DNA of 64,000 bases from Diadema antillarum (taxonomy: Eukaryota). The stretch covers positions 2,208,064 through 2,272,063 of the forward strand of contig NW_027271164.1 in assembly GCF_040938485.1 (NCBI RefSeq), written 5' to 3'. This document shows positions 26,641 through 37,830 of the stretch, piece after piece. How positions within the stretch are numbered: position 1 is the first letter of the stretch; each line of letters begins with the position of its first letter. The position numbers and the translations under genes were made by a program. The notes under the pieces were generated by a model, which was not told the origin of the DNA, searched no databases, and saw only the letters and a list, made by a program, of their open reading frames with translations.

Positions 26641-27420
26641 GTGAGGCGACAAGACCTTGTCACAATTTGCTTTTTTCCTTCTCATTCTAATTTTAACATC
26701 AAGGCCCAGCATAGCTTTAATTACAATTGACAAGATACCAAGGCCTCTGACGTCATCTTGGCAGAAAACAACACCGACAACAACAACAAATTTCTCTGTA
26801 TGTAATTAAATGTAGTATTTGGGGTTAATGCTATTCAAGTCTTACGTGAGGTTATGTGCATACAACAATCAGAACTGATTTCTGAATGGATAATCTTGAA
26901 GGTAAGCAGGAACAATTTCCATCAGAGTTCTAGCTCTTCCATAAGTTCCATTAATTAAAGCAGAGGCAGACACGTAAGGTCAAATTTTACGCCTTTCATG
27001 TAGCGTTACTGAAAATTTATTGCTTTTTAGCTGTGAAAATGACAGGGTACAGTCACATTATGTTGTATACCTACACGTATTGCCAGAGACAACAATCCTG
27101 TAGAGAGAACTGTGCTCCCATTTCATCTGATTTGAAAGTAGACGTCGTTTAGGTTAATAAGCATGAATCTGGGGTGGGTGAGGCACCCTCCTTAGCCTAA
27201 CCTAACGGACAAGGATGATCTTCACACAAGTAACATAGATTGGCCTAAATTGATTGTAAGTGCTACGTTTGTGATGATGCCTGAAATCGCATCTGTGTCA
27301 TTTTTCGTTATTCGTATCCCATTCTAGTGTGGTGGTCATAGTGAAGGTTATGAGAGGCTTGTAGGGTGCATTGATTGGCGATGTCCATACCACTTTGGAT
27401 GCACTCTTTCTCCCATGTAG

Positions 27421-27487
27421 GTCTGCGCCACGCTGGGGACAACAGGTGCGTGTGCATTCGACAACCTGGAAGAACTTGGGGCAGTCT
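27421..27487 (+). CDS. hdc: HDC exon: [22 protein letters not shown] + C (ends in phase 1), donor |gtgagt
   Basis: Matches HDC [23 protein letters not shown]. Acceptor ctcccatgtag|. Confidence 0.85.
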
Positions 27488-28479
27488 GTGAGTATTCGTC
27501 TTTTTTTCCAATTCAGTTAAGTATGGTTTCTTCTTGTTATTGTGCAAATATAAAATAACAATCCATCAGCTCAAAGGCTGATACGGTTGCTTTACATCAG
27601 ACTAATAAATGATATTGAAATAACCCTGATGATATATACCTACATGAGAATAAAATACGTGATATTAATCTTGAACAATCCTTCTTTACCTTCCACTTTC
27701 AACACGCCTCACTGGATGCATTTTTCGTCACTTGCTGATACCTGTATACATTATTTACTTTAAAAACAGTGTATCAGGTACACTATATCTCAGAATATAT
27801 TTTACAGTACTGTGCTTGAAGGAATTGTGCGACTGATAGAGGTGTTGTAATAATGTACGCTTTTGTAGCAAAAACTGGAAATTGGCTATTTTACTGTGCA
27901 ATACTATATATATATATATATATAATATATATACACGGAAACTTACGTCTGGCCCGGCCTCTTACAACGCCTGTGGCTCATACTCCGCCCCACCCCATCC
28001 CCATATCTTGGCACGTTCTTTACTGACCGTCTTTCCTTAACTTGGCTTGCTTCCCGCAGAGGAAGGTTGCGAACTTGTGAACTTTTCACCGTACAGATGA
28101 TTTGGAAAACTCTTTAGTAGTAGTAAATGACTGAACTAAACTGAACTGAACTGAACTGAACTGAACTGAATTGAACTGACTGAACAGAACAGAAGCAGCC
28201 ATGTTCCAATTTATCTTTTCGTAATGTTCATGTTGCGTATTACTTTGGGCAATTAGAGAGAACATTGGCTGCTGAATTGTTCCTTCGTGTGTTCCGATAT
28301 TAGGAGTAGGAATATATCAATGTGTAATGTTATATATTAATAGGCCTATATGAATACAACTATAGGGCGCAATTGTAAAACTGAGCTTAAAACATGTGTG
28401 TACTGTACGAACGGTCAGGGTTAGATCGTCTAACAGTACAGGCAATTTCATAAAAATGTCAATATTAGGTTCTAGTCAC

Positions 28480-29880
28480 ACATAAACGAATGCCTGTCGC
28501 CGACCATTCTCCGACCTCTGAAATCACTGGTTGGGAGTTGGCTGTAGCGCGTCGTATAATTTATCTTTTTTTTTTTTTTTTGATCTTTTTTTTTTTTAAT
28601 TGGCAAATGGTTGTCAGCGGTCGGTCGGCGACCGGTTTTGGTCGGCTAGATGTTTTCTATAGGTTTCATCGAAAACCTTTGGTCGACAAAAAGTTTTAAT
28701 GTTCGTTTGGGTCGGCAACCGGTCGCTGCCCGGTTGCCAACCTCTTAAAGAAGAAATCCAGTCCAAATATAAGTTAGTCTGATAAAAAAGATAGACAATT
28801 TTACGAGTTCAACGGTAAAAATTTGACTGAAATCAGATGAAAATAAGGAAGTTATGACATTTTGAAGTTTTGCTAATTTTTGCAAAACAATTCTTGTACA
28901 ATGGATATGAATATGCAAATGAGTGAGCTAGCAATGTCATAACCTCACAATTTTCCATTGACCCTGTACAAAAAATGACGACAATTCAATGTCATTAAAG
29001 TCTGAAACATGACGTTATACCTGGTTGAATAGGATTTGAGCCTTGGGCATAATTGCTTTTGAATGAAAAACTGGAAATGTCAAGATCTTATGTACAAACT
29101 ATATGGTAAGTTGTGAGGGAATGACATACTCACTTTGCCATTTGCATATTCATATTGACTGTTCAAGAACTGTTTACCTCCAAAATTGCGAAACTTCAAA
29201 ATGTCATAACTTCCTTATTTTTTATCCGGTTTCGATCAAATTCATACTGTTGAACTCGTAACATTTTACTCTTTCTTAGCAGACTAATTTATACTGCCTT
29301 TGGATTGGGTTTCCCCTTTAACGACTGGTCTGCAGTGATTTCTATCCCTTGTCATGAAGAGTTGTGGTCGGCAACCTTGCCGACCAATTGCCGTCCAAAT
29401 AGAATAATCGCCGACCATTTGCCAAGTATTTGCCAACCAGATTACATGTATGATAATCACTTCTAAAAACATTTTTCTATAACAGTGGCTGCATCCACGT
29501 GCACACATTTTGTAATCCTGTATCTGTTGCCGCGCTGCAAACGAAAATCGGCAACCAATCGGCTTTCAATTTCCATTGGTCTTCATTAAGTCGCCAACCA
29601 TTTGCCGACCAGTTGCAAATCATTTGCAAACCTTTTTTTGAGCATTTGCCTAGTTATTGTACTTTTTAGTTCGCAAAAAGTTCTCAAAGTGCTCTCCGAA
29701 CGGCCGTCAAATTGTCTGCAAATGCAACGTTGGGCAACCAGTGGTCATGCAGCAGCCAGTCCCCGATCAAAAATTAGGAGGTTTGGTCACCGATTGGTTG
29801 TCGACGGCCGCCAAAAATTTTTGATTGCTAGAGTTCGGCGACCAGTCCTCGCAAATGTGTGAGCAGGCTCTTATCTGTGC
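28480..29880 (+). mobile_element. Foldback-like element in hdc intron 7. The outer arms (28487-28760, 29330-29875) are dense arrays of the motif GGTCGGCRACC / GGTYGCCGACC in both orientations. The inner part is a long inverted repeat of about 180 bp (arms 28795-28970 and 29105-29285).
   Basis: The motif is counted more than 20 times (gtcgccgacc, ggtcggcgaccgg, ttgccgaccaa, tcggcaaccaatcgg …). The inner arms are reverse complements of each other (ggaagttatgacattttgaagttt / aaacttcaaaatgtcataacttcc; tatgaatatgcaaatg / catttgcatattcata). Confidence 0.55.
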
Positions 29881-30540
29881 ATAATAAGTGTCGTTAACTT
29901 GTTCTCACCATCACAATACTTTAATAGTGAGCTTTGACAGTATAACTCGGAAAGCATTGTGAGGCTAAAGTATTACCTAGGATGGGTCATCATCATTTTT
30001 TCTTTCTGTCTTTCTCAAGTTGGATCCGGCTCGTCAGGTATATGTAACTCGGTTCTCAAAGACTTTCATTTTCACCCATTTCCATTGCACTAGTTGTTGC
30101 GTTGCCCCTGTTGCGGTTCAGTCGAAAGTGTGGGATTTAAGGGGGACAATGCCGAATACCTGTAGATTGATATTCGGTTGTGTGGTGTTCAAAAGTAATG
30201 ATTGTTATTTGTTCTAATAGTTAGATATATAAAAGATATTGAATATCATAAACGGAGAATTTAATGAGAAATGGGGTTTTTGCTGAGTTTTCGGGTGATT
30301 GCCGAACAACTGCAAAGGAAACCCGGAATATGAACAAAACCCAGGAATTGTGCTTCCAATGTGAATGCCCCTATTTTGACAACAGTTAACAGATGTCTAT
30401 CATTTCATTGGACACAACAGGTGAAAGTGGAAATGTTCCACTTCTCGAAATTATCCGGGAAACATCGTCTCCTTTTCCATATCCACGACTGCTTTGTCCT
30501 ATTTGACATGTCAATTTCCATGCATCCACTTTCTATGTAG

Positions 30541-30703
30541 GTGAAGAAGAAAATCTGTGGTTACACGTTGACGCGGCCTACGCCGGGACAGCGTTCGTCT
30601 GCCCGGAGTTCCGGGGCTATCTCCGCGGAGTCGAGAAGGTGCAGTCGTTTGCTTTCAACCCCAGCAAATGGCTAATGGTCCACTTTGACTGTACAGCGAT
30701 GTG
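30541..30703 (+). CDS. hdc: HDC exon carrying the PLP-binding lysine: (C)[53 protein letters not shown](W), donor |gtaaat
   Basis: Very close to [54 protein letters not shown]. The NPSKW Lys is the Schiff-base lysine of group II decarboxylases. Acceptor ttctatgtag|. Confidence 0.9.
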
Positions 30704-30989
30704 GTAAATAACGACTAGACCCGATCAGTGATGCATTGGGTTATGTACTTGACAACTTCCATTTGTTTCGAGCTGTTTGAGACACTGACATGACTGAGGT
30801 CGAGAATTCAGACGTAGATCGCAACGAAGTTTCATTCATAACGCATTAATCGCTGGTGTCATAATCTTTCCCGTTCCATGAACACGAAAGTTTCCAATCA
30901 TGCAATTTTGCCCTGAAGTACTCTAATACCAAATTACTCGATGGGGACAGCTAATCATATTATGTTGATTCTGACATCAATACCCAGCG

Positions 30990-31150
30990 CTTATAATAGC
31001 GAGTTTTAGATCGGAGACGCGAACGATAAGACGACGCTAATAACACTCGGCCAAAAATGGTGTTTAGCATATGTGCGAGACAGCTGTTTCCATTGGCCAA
31101 CCCAGGAGGCTGCGTCGTCTTAGCGTTCGCGTAGCAGATCTAAAGCTCGC
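30990..31150 (+). repeat. Imperfect inverted repeat (about 42-bp arms, about 70-bp spacer) in hdc intron 8
   Basis: agcgagttttagatcggagacgcgaacgataagacgacgc versus gctgcgtcgtcttagcgttcgcgtagcagatctaaagctcgct. Confidence 0.55.
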
Positions 31151-31387
31151 TAATGTGGCTGATGCTCAAATTGTGTTGACCAATTCAAACAGAAAGGACG
31201 GTCCTCGAGTAGGAGGGACTCAAAAACTGATATTGAGATGAGGAAACTATTCTATCCTTCCTTTCTTATCAGACTCTATGACTGTATCATACAAAGGATT
31301 TGGGTTTTGTGGGAAGAGTAAGGGGAATAATGTGAGCCATGATTCGTATCACAGATTGTTTTTCTCATTATCACGTGACCGTGTAGG

Positions 31388-31478
31388 ATTCGTGACGGAA
31401 AGACGCTGGAGAGGGCGTTCTGTGTGAGACCTCTCTACCTCAGACATGACAAGCAGGGTACTGCTATCGACCTCATGG
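31388..31478 (+). CDS. hdc: HDC exon: (W)IRDGKTLERAFCVRPLYLRHDKQGTAIDLM, donor |gtgaga
   Basis: Matches HDC [31 protein letters not shown]. Acceptor cgtgtag|. Confidence 0.85.
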
Positions 31479-31920
31479 TGAGAATCATGTTTGCACAAGC
31501 TCTCATTTTATTCATTCCTTATGTAAGGAGTAGTCCTTACACCCTTAACTTTTGATGTGTCATCAACAGCCTTTCCGAAAACAAGCGCCTTCCTGGTTGC
31601 AAAGCGTCATTATGATAGATACATGTATGGCATTCAATGGGCTGTCTCGAATTCACTGTGAAGCCAAATTCTGCTTCCATAACTGTACAGTGCCAGACGT
31701 ACACGTGATATGTCGAAGTATAAAAGGCAAGACCCAACAGACGCTTGTCTTGTAGGAAACGATCGTTTGTGCGACAGTCTTTTATGTAACATTAGTATGA
31801 TGAAAGATAACTCCGCCTGTCTGTTTCTAAATCAGTGTGGCTTGCCATGCAAAATCAGTTTGGACTGCTCTGATTATGAAAACGTGTTCTAATTGCTAGA
31901 CATGATTTCTCTTTTCTCAG

Positions 31921-32019
31921 CATTGGCAGATACCTCTCAGCCGGAGGTTCCGTTCACTGAAGCTCTGGTTCGTGCTCCGTTCTTTTGGCGTCAAGAAGCT
32001 ACAGGAACACGTCCGCAGG
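31921..32019 (+). CDS. hdc: HDC exon: [33 protein letters not shown], donor |gtatgt
   Basis: Matches [36 protein letters not shown]. Ser in QIPLSRRF is the HDC-type residue (DDC has Gly). Acceptor ttttctcag|. Confidence 0.9.
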
Positions 32020-32402
32020 GTATGTAACGAGTCACGGCTTACAATGCGCATCCTATTTCAAGCTGGGCAAAACACAACAAAAAGTTCAACAAAAGTAAGG
32101 CAAATGTGTCAATCCTACGTACCATTCTAGAAATATTTGTACGTTTTGTTTGAGAATGGCCAAATTAAATTTTACTGGTAATAAACCTCACTATTTTAGA
32201 TGGAAACCTCACTATTTAAGACAATAGAACACCAGCATGTCAAGTTGAAGGACACACAGACAATCTGGTCCATCCACCGTAATAAGAGTGTTTTTTTTTT
32301 TTGCATCATCTTCAAAAAACAGCGCGTAAAAGAAGTTAAAAGATTTTATACAAACCATTAATCCGACTCGGTGATTTCTTCTCTCGTTGTTTGATGTGCT
32401 AG

Positions 32403-32504
32403 GGTGTACGAAGGGCGCGCTACTTCGAAGAGCTGGTCTCTAACGATGCTGCGTTCGAGCTTCCTGCGGAGAGAATTCTGGGCTTGGTCGTCTTTCGATT
32501 GAAG
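32403..32504 (+). CDS. hdc: HDC exon: [34 protein letters not shown], donor |gtaaaa
   Basis: Matches [37 protein letters not shown]. Acceptor gtgctag|. Confidence 0.85.
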
Positions 32505-32574
32505 GTAAAATGTCTTCTTGTCGGCACATGTAGGACTACTAGCAATTCATCATTTATAAATGTAACGATAATTA

Positions 32575-32750
32575 CGTGGAACACCTGGGCCCTGTTTCTT
32601 AAAGCTGTTCGTAAAGTTACGAACGACTTGAGAACGACTGGTGATAGTTGTGATGTGCTATACTTATTAGAATTTCCATGTAATTCAGCACAAGAACTGA
32701 TCACCAGTCGTTCTTAAGTCGTTCGTAACTTTACGAACAGCTTTATGAAA
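32575..32750 (+). repeat. Palindromic MITE-like hairpin (arms about 55 bp) in hdc intron 11
   Basis: ttcttaaagctgttcgtaaagttacgaacgacttgagaacgactggtgat … atcaccagtcgttcttaagtcgttcgtaactttacgaacagctttatgaa. Confidence 0.65.
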
Positions 32751-32882
32751 CATCCCCAGGTTTGTCAACAGTGTGATGAAAGTCCTGCCGTAACTCGAGT
32801 GTAAATCAAACTTACAATAAGTCACACATATCCTATTGGATGTTCATAACGAGTCATAGCGTCTTTATCTCTTGTCTCAAAG

Positions 32883-33332
32883 GGTCCCAACGCTTTCAGT
32901 GAGGAACTCCTTCGGCGCCTGAATCTAAGCGGCAAGATCTACGTGGTTCCTGCCTCCATCAAGGGTCTCTATGTCATCAGGTTTACAGTCACGTCTACCG
33001 AGACCACCGAGGATGATATCTTTAAAGACTGGCGCCTCATCCAAGGCACAGCGCGGGAAATCTTCGTCACCACGGACATCGTGGCCAACGTGCCTACCCG
33101 CATGGCTTCCTGGCCAGGTGCGCTAAATCTCACTGGCGGCCCCAAACAGCCTCGAGTCCAGAAACTGCGCTGGGAAAATAACAACGAACCAATCGAAAAC
33201 GGTGAAGAGAGGAAAGCGCCCTCGGCGGATGAAAACGAGGAGGAGGAAGAGGAGGAGAATGAAGAAAGAGCAAGGAAGGATGTTGGACCAGTTCTTATAA
33301 AACCAGGCAAGCTGGAAGCCGTGGTTGCATGA
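32883..33332 (+). CDS. hdc: HDC terminal exon: GPNAFSEELLRRLNLSGKIYVVPASIKGLYVIRFTVTSTETTEDDIFKDWRLIQGTAREI... then an acidic tail ...ENEEEEEEENEERARKDVGPVLIKPGKLEAVVA*. Stop TGA at 33330-33332.
   Basis: Matches HDC [54 protein letters not shown]. Acceptor tctcaaag| keeps the frame from the previous exon. A possible AATAAA lies near 33648. The assembled protein is about 565 aa, excluding the missing N-terminal exon. Confidence 0.8.
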   Translation, partial: GPNAFSEELLRRLNLSGKIYVVPASIKGLYVIRFTVTSTETTEDDIFKDWRLIQGTAREIFVTTDIVANVPTRMASWPGALNLTGGPKQPRVQKLRWENNNEPIENGEERKAPSADENEEEEEEENEERARKDVGPVLIKPGKLEAVVA

Positions 33333-34985
33333 AAAAGCATAGTTGCTTTAAAGCAGATGCACCCCATTCCCCGTACGTTTTGTTTCATCATTCTACCCGT
33401 CAATTTTTACTACTGTCTTGTGCGTATTACACCTTGTTCTTATTTTGTTTTGTTTTTGGCTACCGGTACAGTCCGTACAGGAGATTCCTCTGCGTATTTG
33501 TGTGCCTAACCTTGCTTAATAGATTTTTTCCCCCCTACACATTGTCTGGCTAGAAAGATGTGAAGACGGCCTTGTCATAATTACGATTTCCCGTTAGATG
33601 TGTGAATATCCGTTCAAGGCAACTGGTCAATCGAATTCTACTTTAGAAATAATAAAATACAATAGACTGCGCTACGACGATATGTATTCTGCATAATACC
33701 AAATGGCAGTTTGCTGAACACTTATCCGTATCTTAAAAACTGAGATGATAGTTATTTTCGTGTGGTACAATACCAGGTCTGCATTTTATGTTTTCCCCTT
33801 TTATGCAACACCCCTAGCACAATGTGTCATTTTAGATGTCAGTTCAGCCATTCCACCTTTTCTTGCAGAGCAAGTCGCTTTCAGAACCGTGTGAGACTAT
33901 TTATTCATTCATGCGTGTTGGTGTTTTTATTTTCATTTTTCGTGTCTTCTAACTTTCTGAGAGACTGCTCCATCAGTCTTTCAGTATATGAATCATTTCT
34001 GGACGTGTGAATTTGATTTTTGGAAGACGAAAATGTTCTTCAAGAAATTGCAATAGTACTTATAAACAAGAAAATAATGCTGCAACAGGAAAATATGATT
34101 CACTTTCAGGTCTTTCTTACTCGCTACTCTTGGCCATATCATATGCACCCAATTTAAAGGTACCTTAAAAGCAATGAAAAGTGATAAACTGTCTAGAAAG
34201 TTAACGCCCCTCATGATAATGGCAATGATGGTGATAGTGATAATAGTTCTATAACAATGTATTGAAAATAATGGTAATAGTGATGATATCGTTGATAGTA
34301 ATAACAGATTTTTTTCACATTTCTCATGAAAATGTCGAGTGTTCATGAGATAAATTCGACCACCGATAATTCTCGTTCTCAGTGTTCATTTCATCCCAAC
34401 AAAACATTATTTCAATGTTAAACTGACAGGTTTGGGAGATATGCAGCATCATACTTTGTAAAGTTGTTACATTTTCAGTTTTGTATTAAGCACCACTTAA
34501 TTGTCTCTGCAAGCACTGCATTGGTGTACCATGAAGTTTCGTGGTTGTCGTGTTTGTATCCATGTGATTCTATTTTTTTTTTGCTATTACAGAATCCTGC
34601 AATATTGACTCATTTATTTTGCAACACTGTTTCTTCATCCCATGTGTGCTTTATAGATGTAAATGATATTGAATCTAGATGCTAACCTCGTGTCTCGTAT
34701 GCATTTCGTTGCACTGATTCTTAAATAAAACCTTTACAAAACTGAACTGAAACTTATTTGGGGTAGAATCTTTACCCTCTTCAATGGGACTTGTACTGTT
34801 GCGGAAAGCGAGGTTATTCAAGATGTAAAAGACCACAATCGATTACAAACAAACACACGCGTGTACACACATACTCTCACAAACACGAGATAAAGAACAC
34901 ACACGGAATATCCCTGGAACTATAAGAAGAAATCAATTGTCCATCATATTTATACTGTATTGATGTCCTCAATCTTGACGCACAG

Positions 34986-35647
34986 GGCGCGAAAGGAAGG
35001 GCTGCCTCACCAAGCTACTCAACTACCGGAAGAAGATGGGTCGTCGCGCAATGTCCGAAGAAGCGGAGGGCTATGGCTACCCTTTCAACGCCTACTACAG
35101 CTTCGAAGATACCTCAAGTGGTTTGCCGTCCCCCTGTGAAGATGACCCGGGCTTCGAAGTCGACGATGAGGTGTTTGGGAGCAACAGTCACATCCAGAAT
35201 GGCTGTACCAGCAGTGAGGAGGCTCAGGAGGAGGAGGAGGAGGAGGAGGAGGAGGCAGATCACAATGAAGAAAACCATGACGAAGAGGCTAAACTACCCA
35301 CTGGCCCTGAAACAGACGACACCGGCGACAATGCCACCAAGGACAACGAGAGAGAAGAAACCAATCCTGAGGTGCAAAACACCGACCAGGACATCGACCA
35401 CAAGCTGCAGCCGAACGACATGGAGAATACCAACGCACTTCACACCAAGCTAGAATGCGTGACGGCTAACGGCCAAACCCAGCCTGTTTCCATGGGAACG
35501 GAGAAACCCGTCAACGTTGGGGTGGCCAGTAAAGGTCGTTTTGGTGCGTTGAGTCAAACGAAGGAGAGCACATACAACGGTGTGGTTAACATCTGCCACT
35601 ATCGCTCCACCAAGGGCTCCGTGGTGAGCCAAGGGGACGGGGAATAG
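34986..35647 (+). CDS. Unassigned GC3-rich acidic, disordered ORF (first Met 35036; 203 aa from Met; stop 35645-35647). Contains a poly-Glu run from (GAG)n. Either a separate small gene or an alternative 3' exon of hdc.
   Basis: It is the longest ORF in the window and sits in AT-rich DNA with strong third-position G/C, like the hdc exons. The frame opens just after a cacag| acceptor-like site at 34984-85. Its composition (E/D/S/T/N rich) resembles the acidic tail of hdc exon 12. Confidence 0.45.
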
Positions 35648-37544
35648 TTCTGAATGCAGAAAACATTGCTATCAAAAATCTTAATTTGGAAGGAAAATAT
35701 TTATAGATAGACATAGAAACTAACAAATATTCAATGTGTTACTGTAATCTCTTAGTATATCTACGAGCAAGATTACGAATTTACTTATTGCATGTCAACC
35801 CGAATAGTTTGATCATGTCACTATTATCAACTCTGTGTCTAGCGGTCCCTCGTGCGCTCCCTTACACATTGATTTTCCTGGCTGTATTACATATCTCTGA
35901 TGGCCACTGTTGCGTGAAACGTCTGTTCTTATTTATGAAACGTCGAACAGTCAAATATAACTTGGTTTTGATTAATGAGAATTTAGCACCTAGGGATTAA
36001 ATTTGATTTCTAAATTTTGAATTCAAACTTACTTTTTTCTTTATTCAGCAGGGCCAAACTTATTAATCTATTTACCAATAATCAATTGCTGGTAAGTTTG
36101 TCAGTACGTTTATCTGAATGGCGTCTGTATAGTTTTAATAACTCTGTCAAACAGTAACACTTGAACGAGAATAAACTTGGATAGCTTAGACAAATTTGCG
36201 ATAAAGATATCCTTTAGTTTTATGAATAATACGAGATGTTTAGTTGGATGGAAGCACTATAGTCATCCTGTATGTTGAATGTTTTCCTCGGTGAAATGGT
36301 GAATAATATCATAATTATTTATTACTTACTTTATCGGAGTTATATCTTAATAGTCACTTCAGCTATCAAACCAGAGTATGTTTACCTTACCAAAGTAAGA
36401 TTTGAAGCTAACTTATTTCCATTCTACTTTGTTAAAAAGAAACAAAATAGACGTAATTCAGACCGAGTCGAAGAAATTGAGGAAGATACAATCTAGCTAC
36501 TCCATATTACCCGACTTTGGCATTTTCAGAAGATACATAAAGGCTTAACAACAAAGGTTAAAATAGGCTTCAGATATTTTGGGTTCCACATGAAAATGTG
36601 AAATACAGTGCTAACGTTGACAAATGCCGATTCAGATATTTGAATGAAATCAGAGATACGTCAGTCAAATTAAACATTGGCTGTGGAGGCGAGCAAAATT
36701 CAAAGTATTTCTCTTCGACTGCCACTGGGTTCTGCCTATTCATGTTCTCTTTACGACCGTCGAAGAGCGACTGAGAAAATTCTGTACGTTTTATCTCATT
36801 ATCAGCGTTAGGTACAACTAGTACATGATAAAGATTGATTGCAAAGAGAACGAAGACTAGTGTAGGACTGACATTGATTTTTTGTTTCCTTACACAAGGT
36901 TTGACAAGAGAATTACACGTGAAATGGATATTGGGAACTTCGAATCAACTTCACTGTGTGACATGATACCAGAAAAATATATGAAGAGTAATAATTGAGT
37001 TCAACATCTCTTTCAAAAAGAGCGAATACACTGAAGGTCTCATGTTCACTACTTAGAATCATACTTCAATATCATGATTTGCAGTTGTGCTCAGACGCTT
37101 CAAATTTGTTCAATCTTGTTGATAGAAAAAAAAAACCCAGACAAGTACAAGTTATCAATTCTGTCGATTATAAGAGACGAAATTCTGGTGCACGTGTATT
37201 AATAATCTCCTACGCCAATGGTTACTCGTAAGCTAAGTAAAGATGTGTGTGTGTGTACGAAAGGCATCAACCACATGGACGTAACCAGAAAAGGGCTAAA
37301 ATAAAGTTCACTTTAGTACATCAGATATATTGGCGCAGTGACGAGTAATTTTTATGGCTAGTAAAATGTACCAATACCTGGAACACTCTACCAAAACTCC
37401 GTCTATGTGATACAGAAGAAACTTTGAAAAAAGAACTTTAGGACAAACTGTTCAAATCATGATTGATATGTTATCGTTTATGTTGTAACGACGCTCTGAT
37501 CAGTTGGCTTAAGAGCACTTGGTAAGAAACAGTTATTCATTGTT

Positions 37545-37644
37545 ATTGTTATTATTATTATATTTATTATTATTATTATTATTGTCATTATTATTATTAT
37601 CATTATCATCATCATTATTATTATTATTATTATTATCATTATTA

Positions 37645-37693
<49 letters not shown>

Positions 37694-37719
37694 TATCATC
37701 ATTATTATTATCATTATTA

Positions 37720-37764
<45 letters not shown>

Positions 37765-37794
37765 TTACTATTATCATTACTATTATCATCATCA

Positions 37795-37825
<31 letters not shown>

Positions 37826-37830
37826 TGGTC
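37545..37830 (+). repeat. Trinucleotide microsatellite (ATT)n/(ATC)n of about 285 bp, ending in (ATC)n
   Basis: Direct reading. It produces the artefactual poly-I/poly-L ORFs 37478-37896. Confidence 0.95.
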
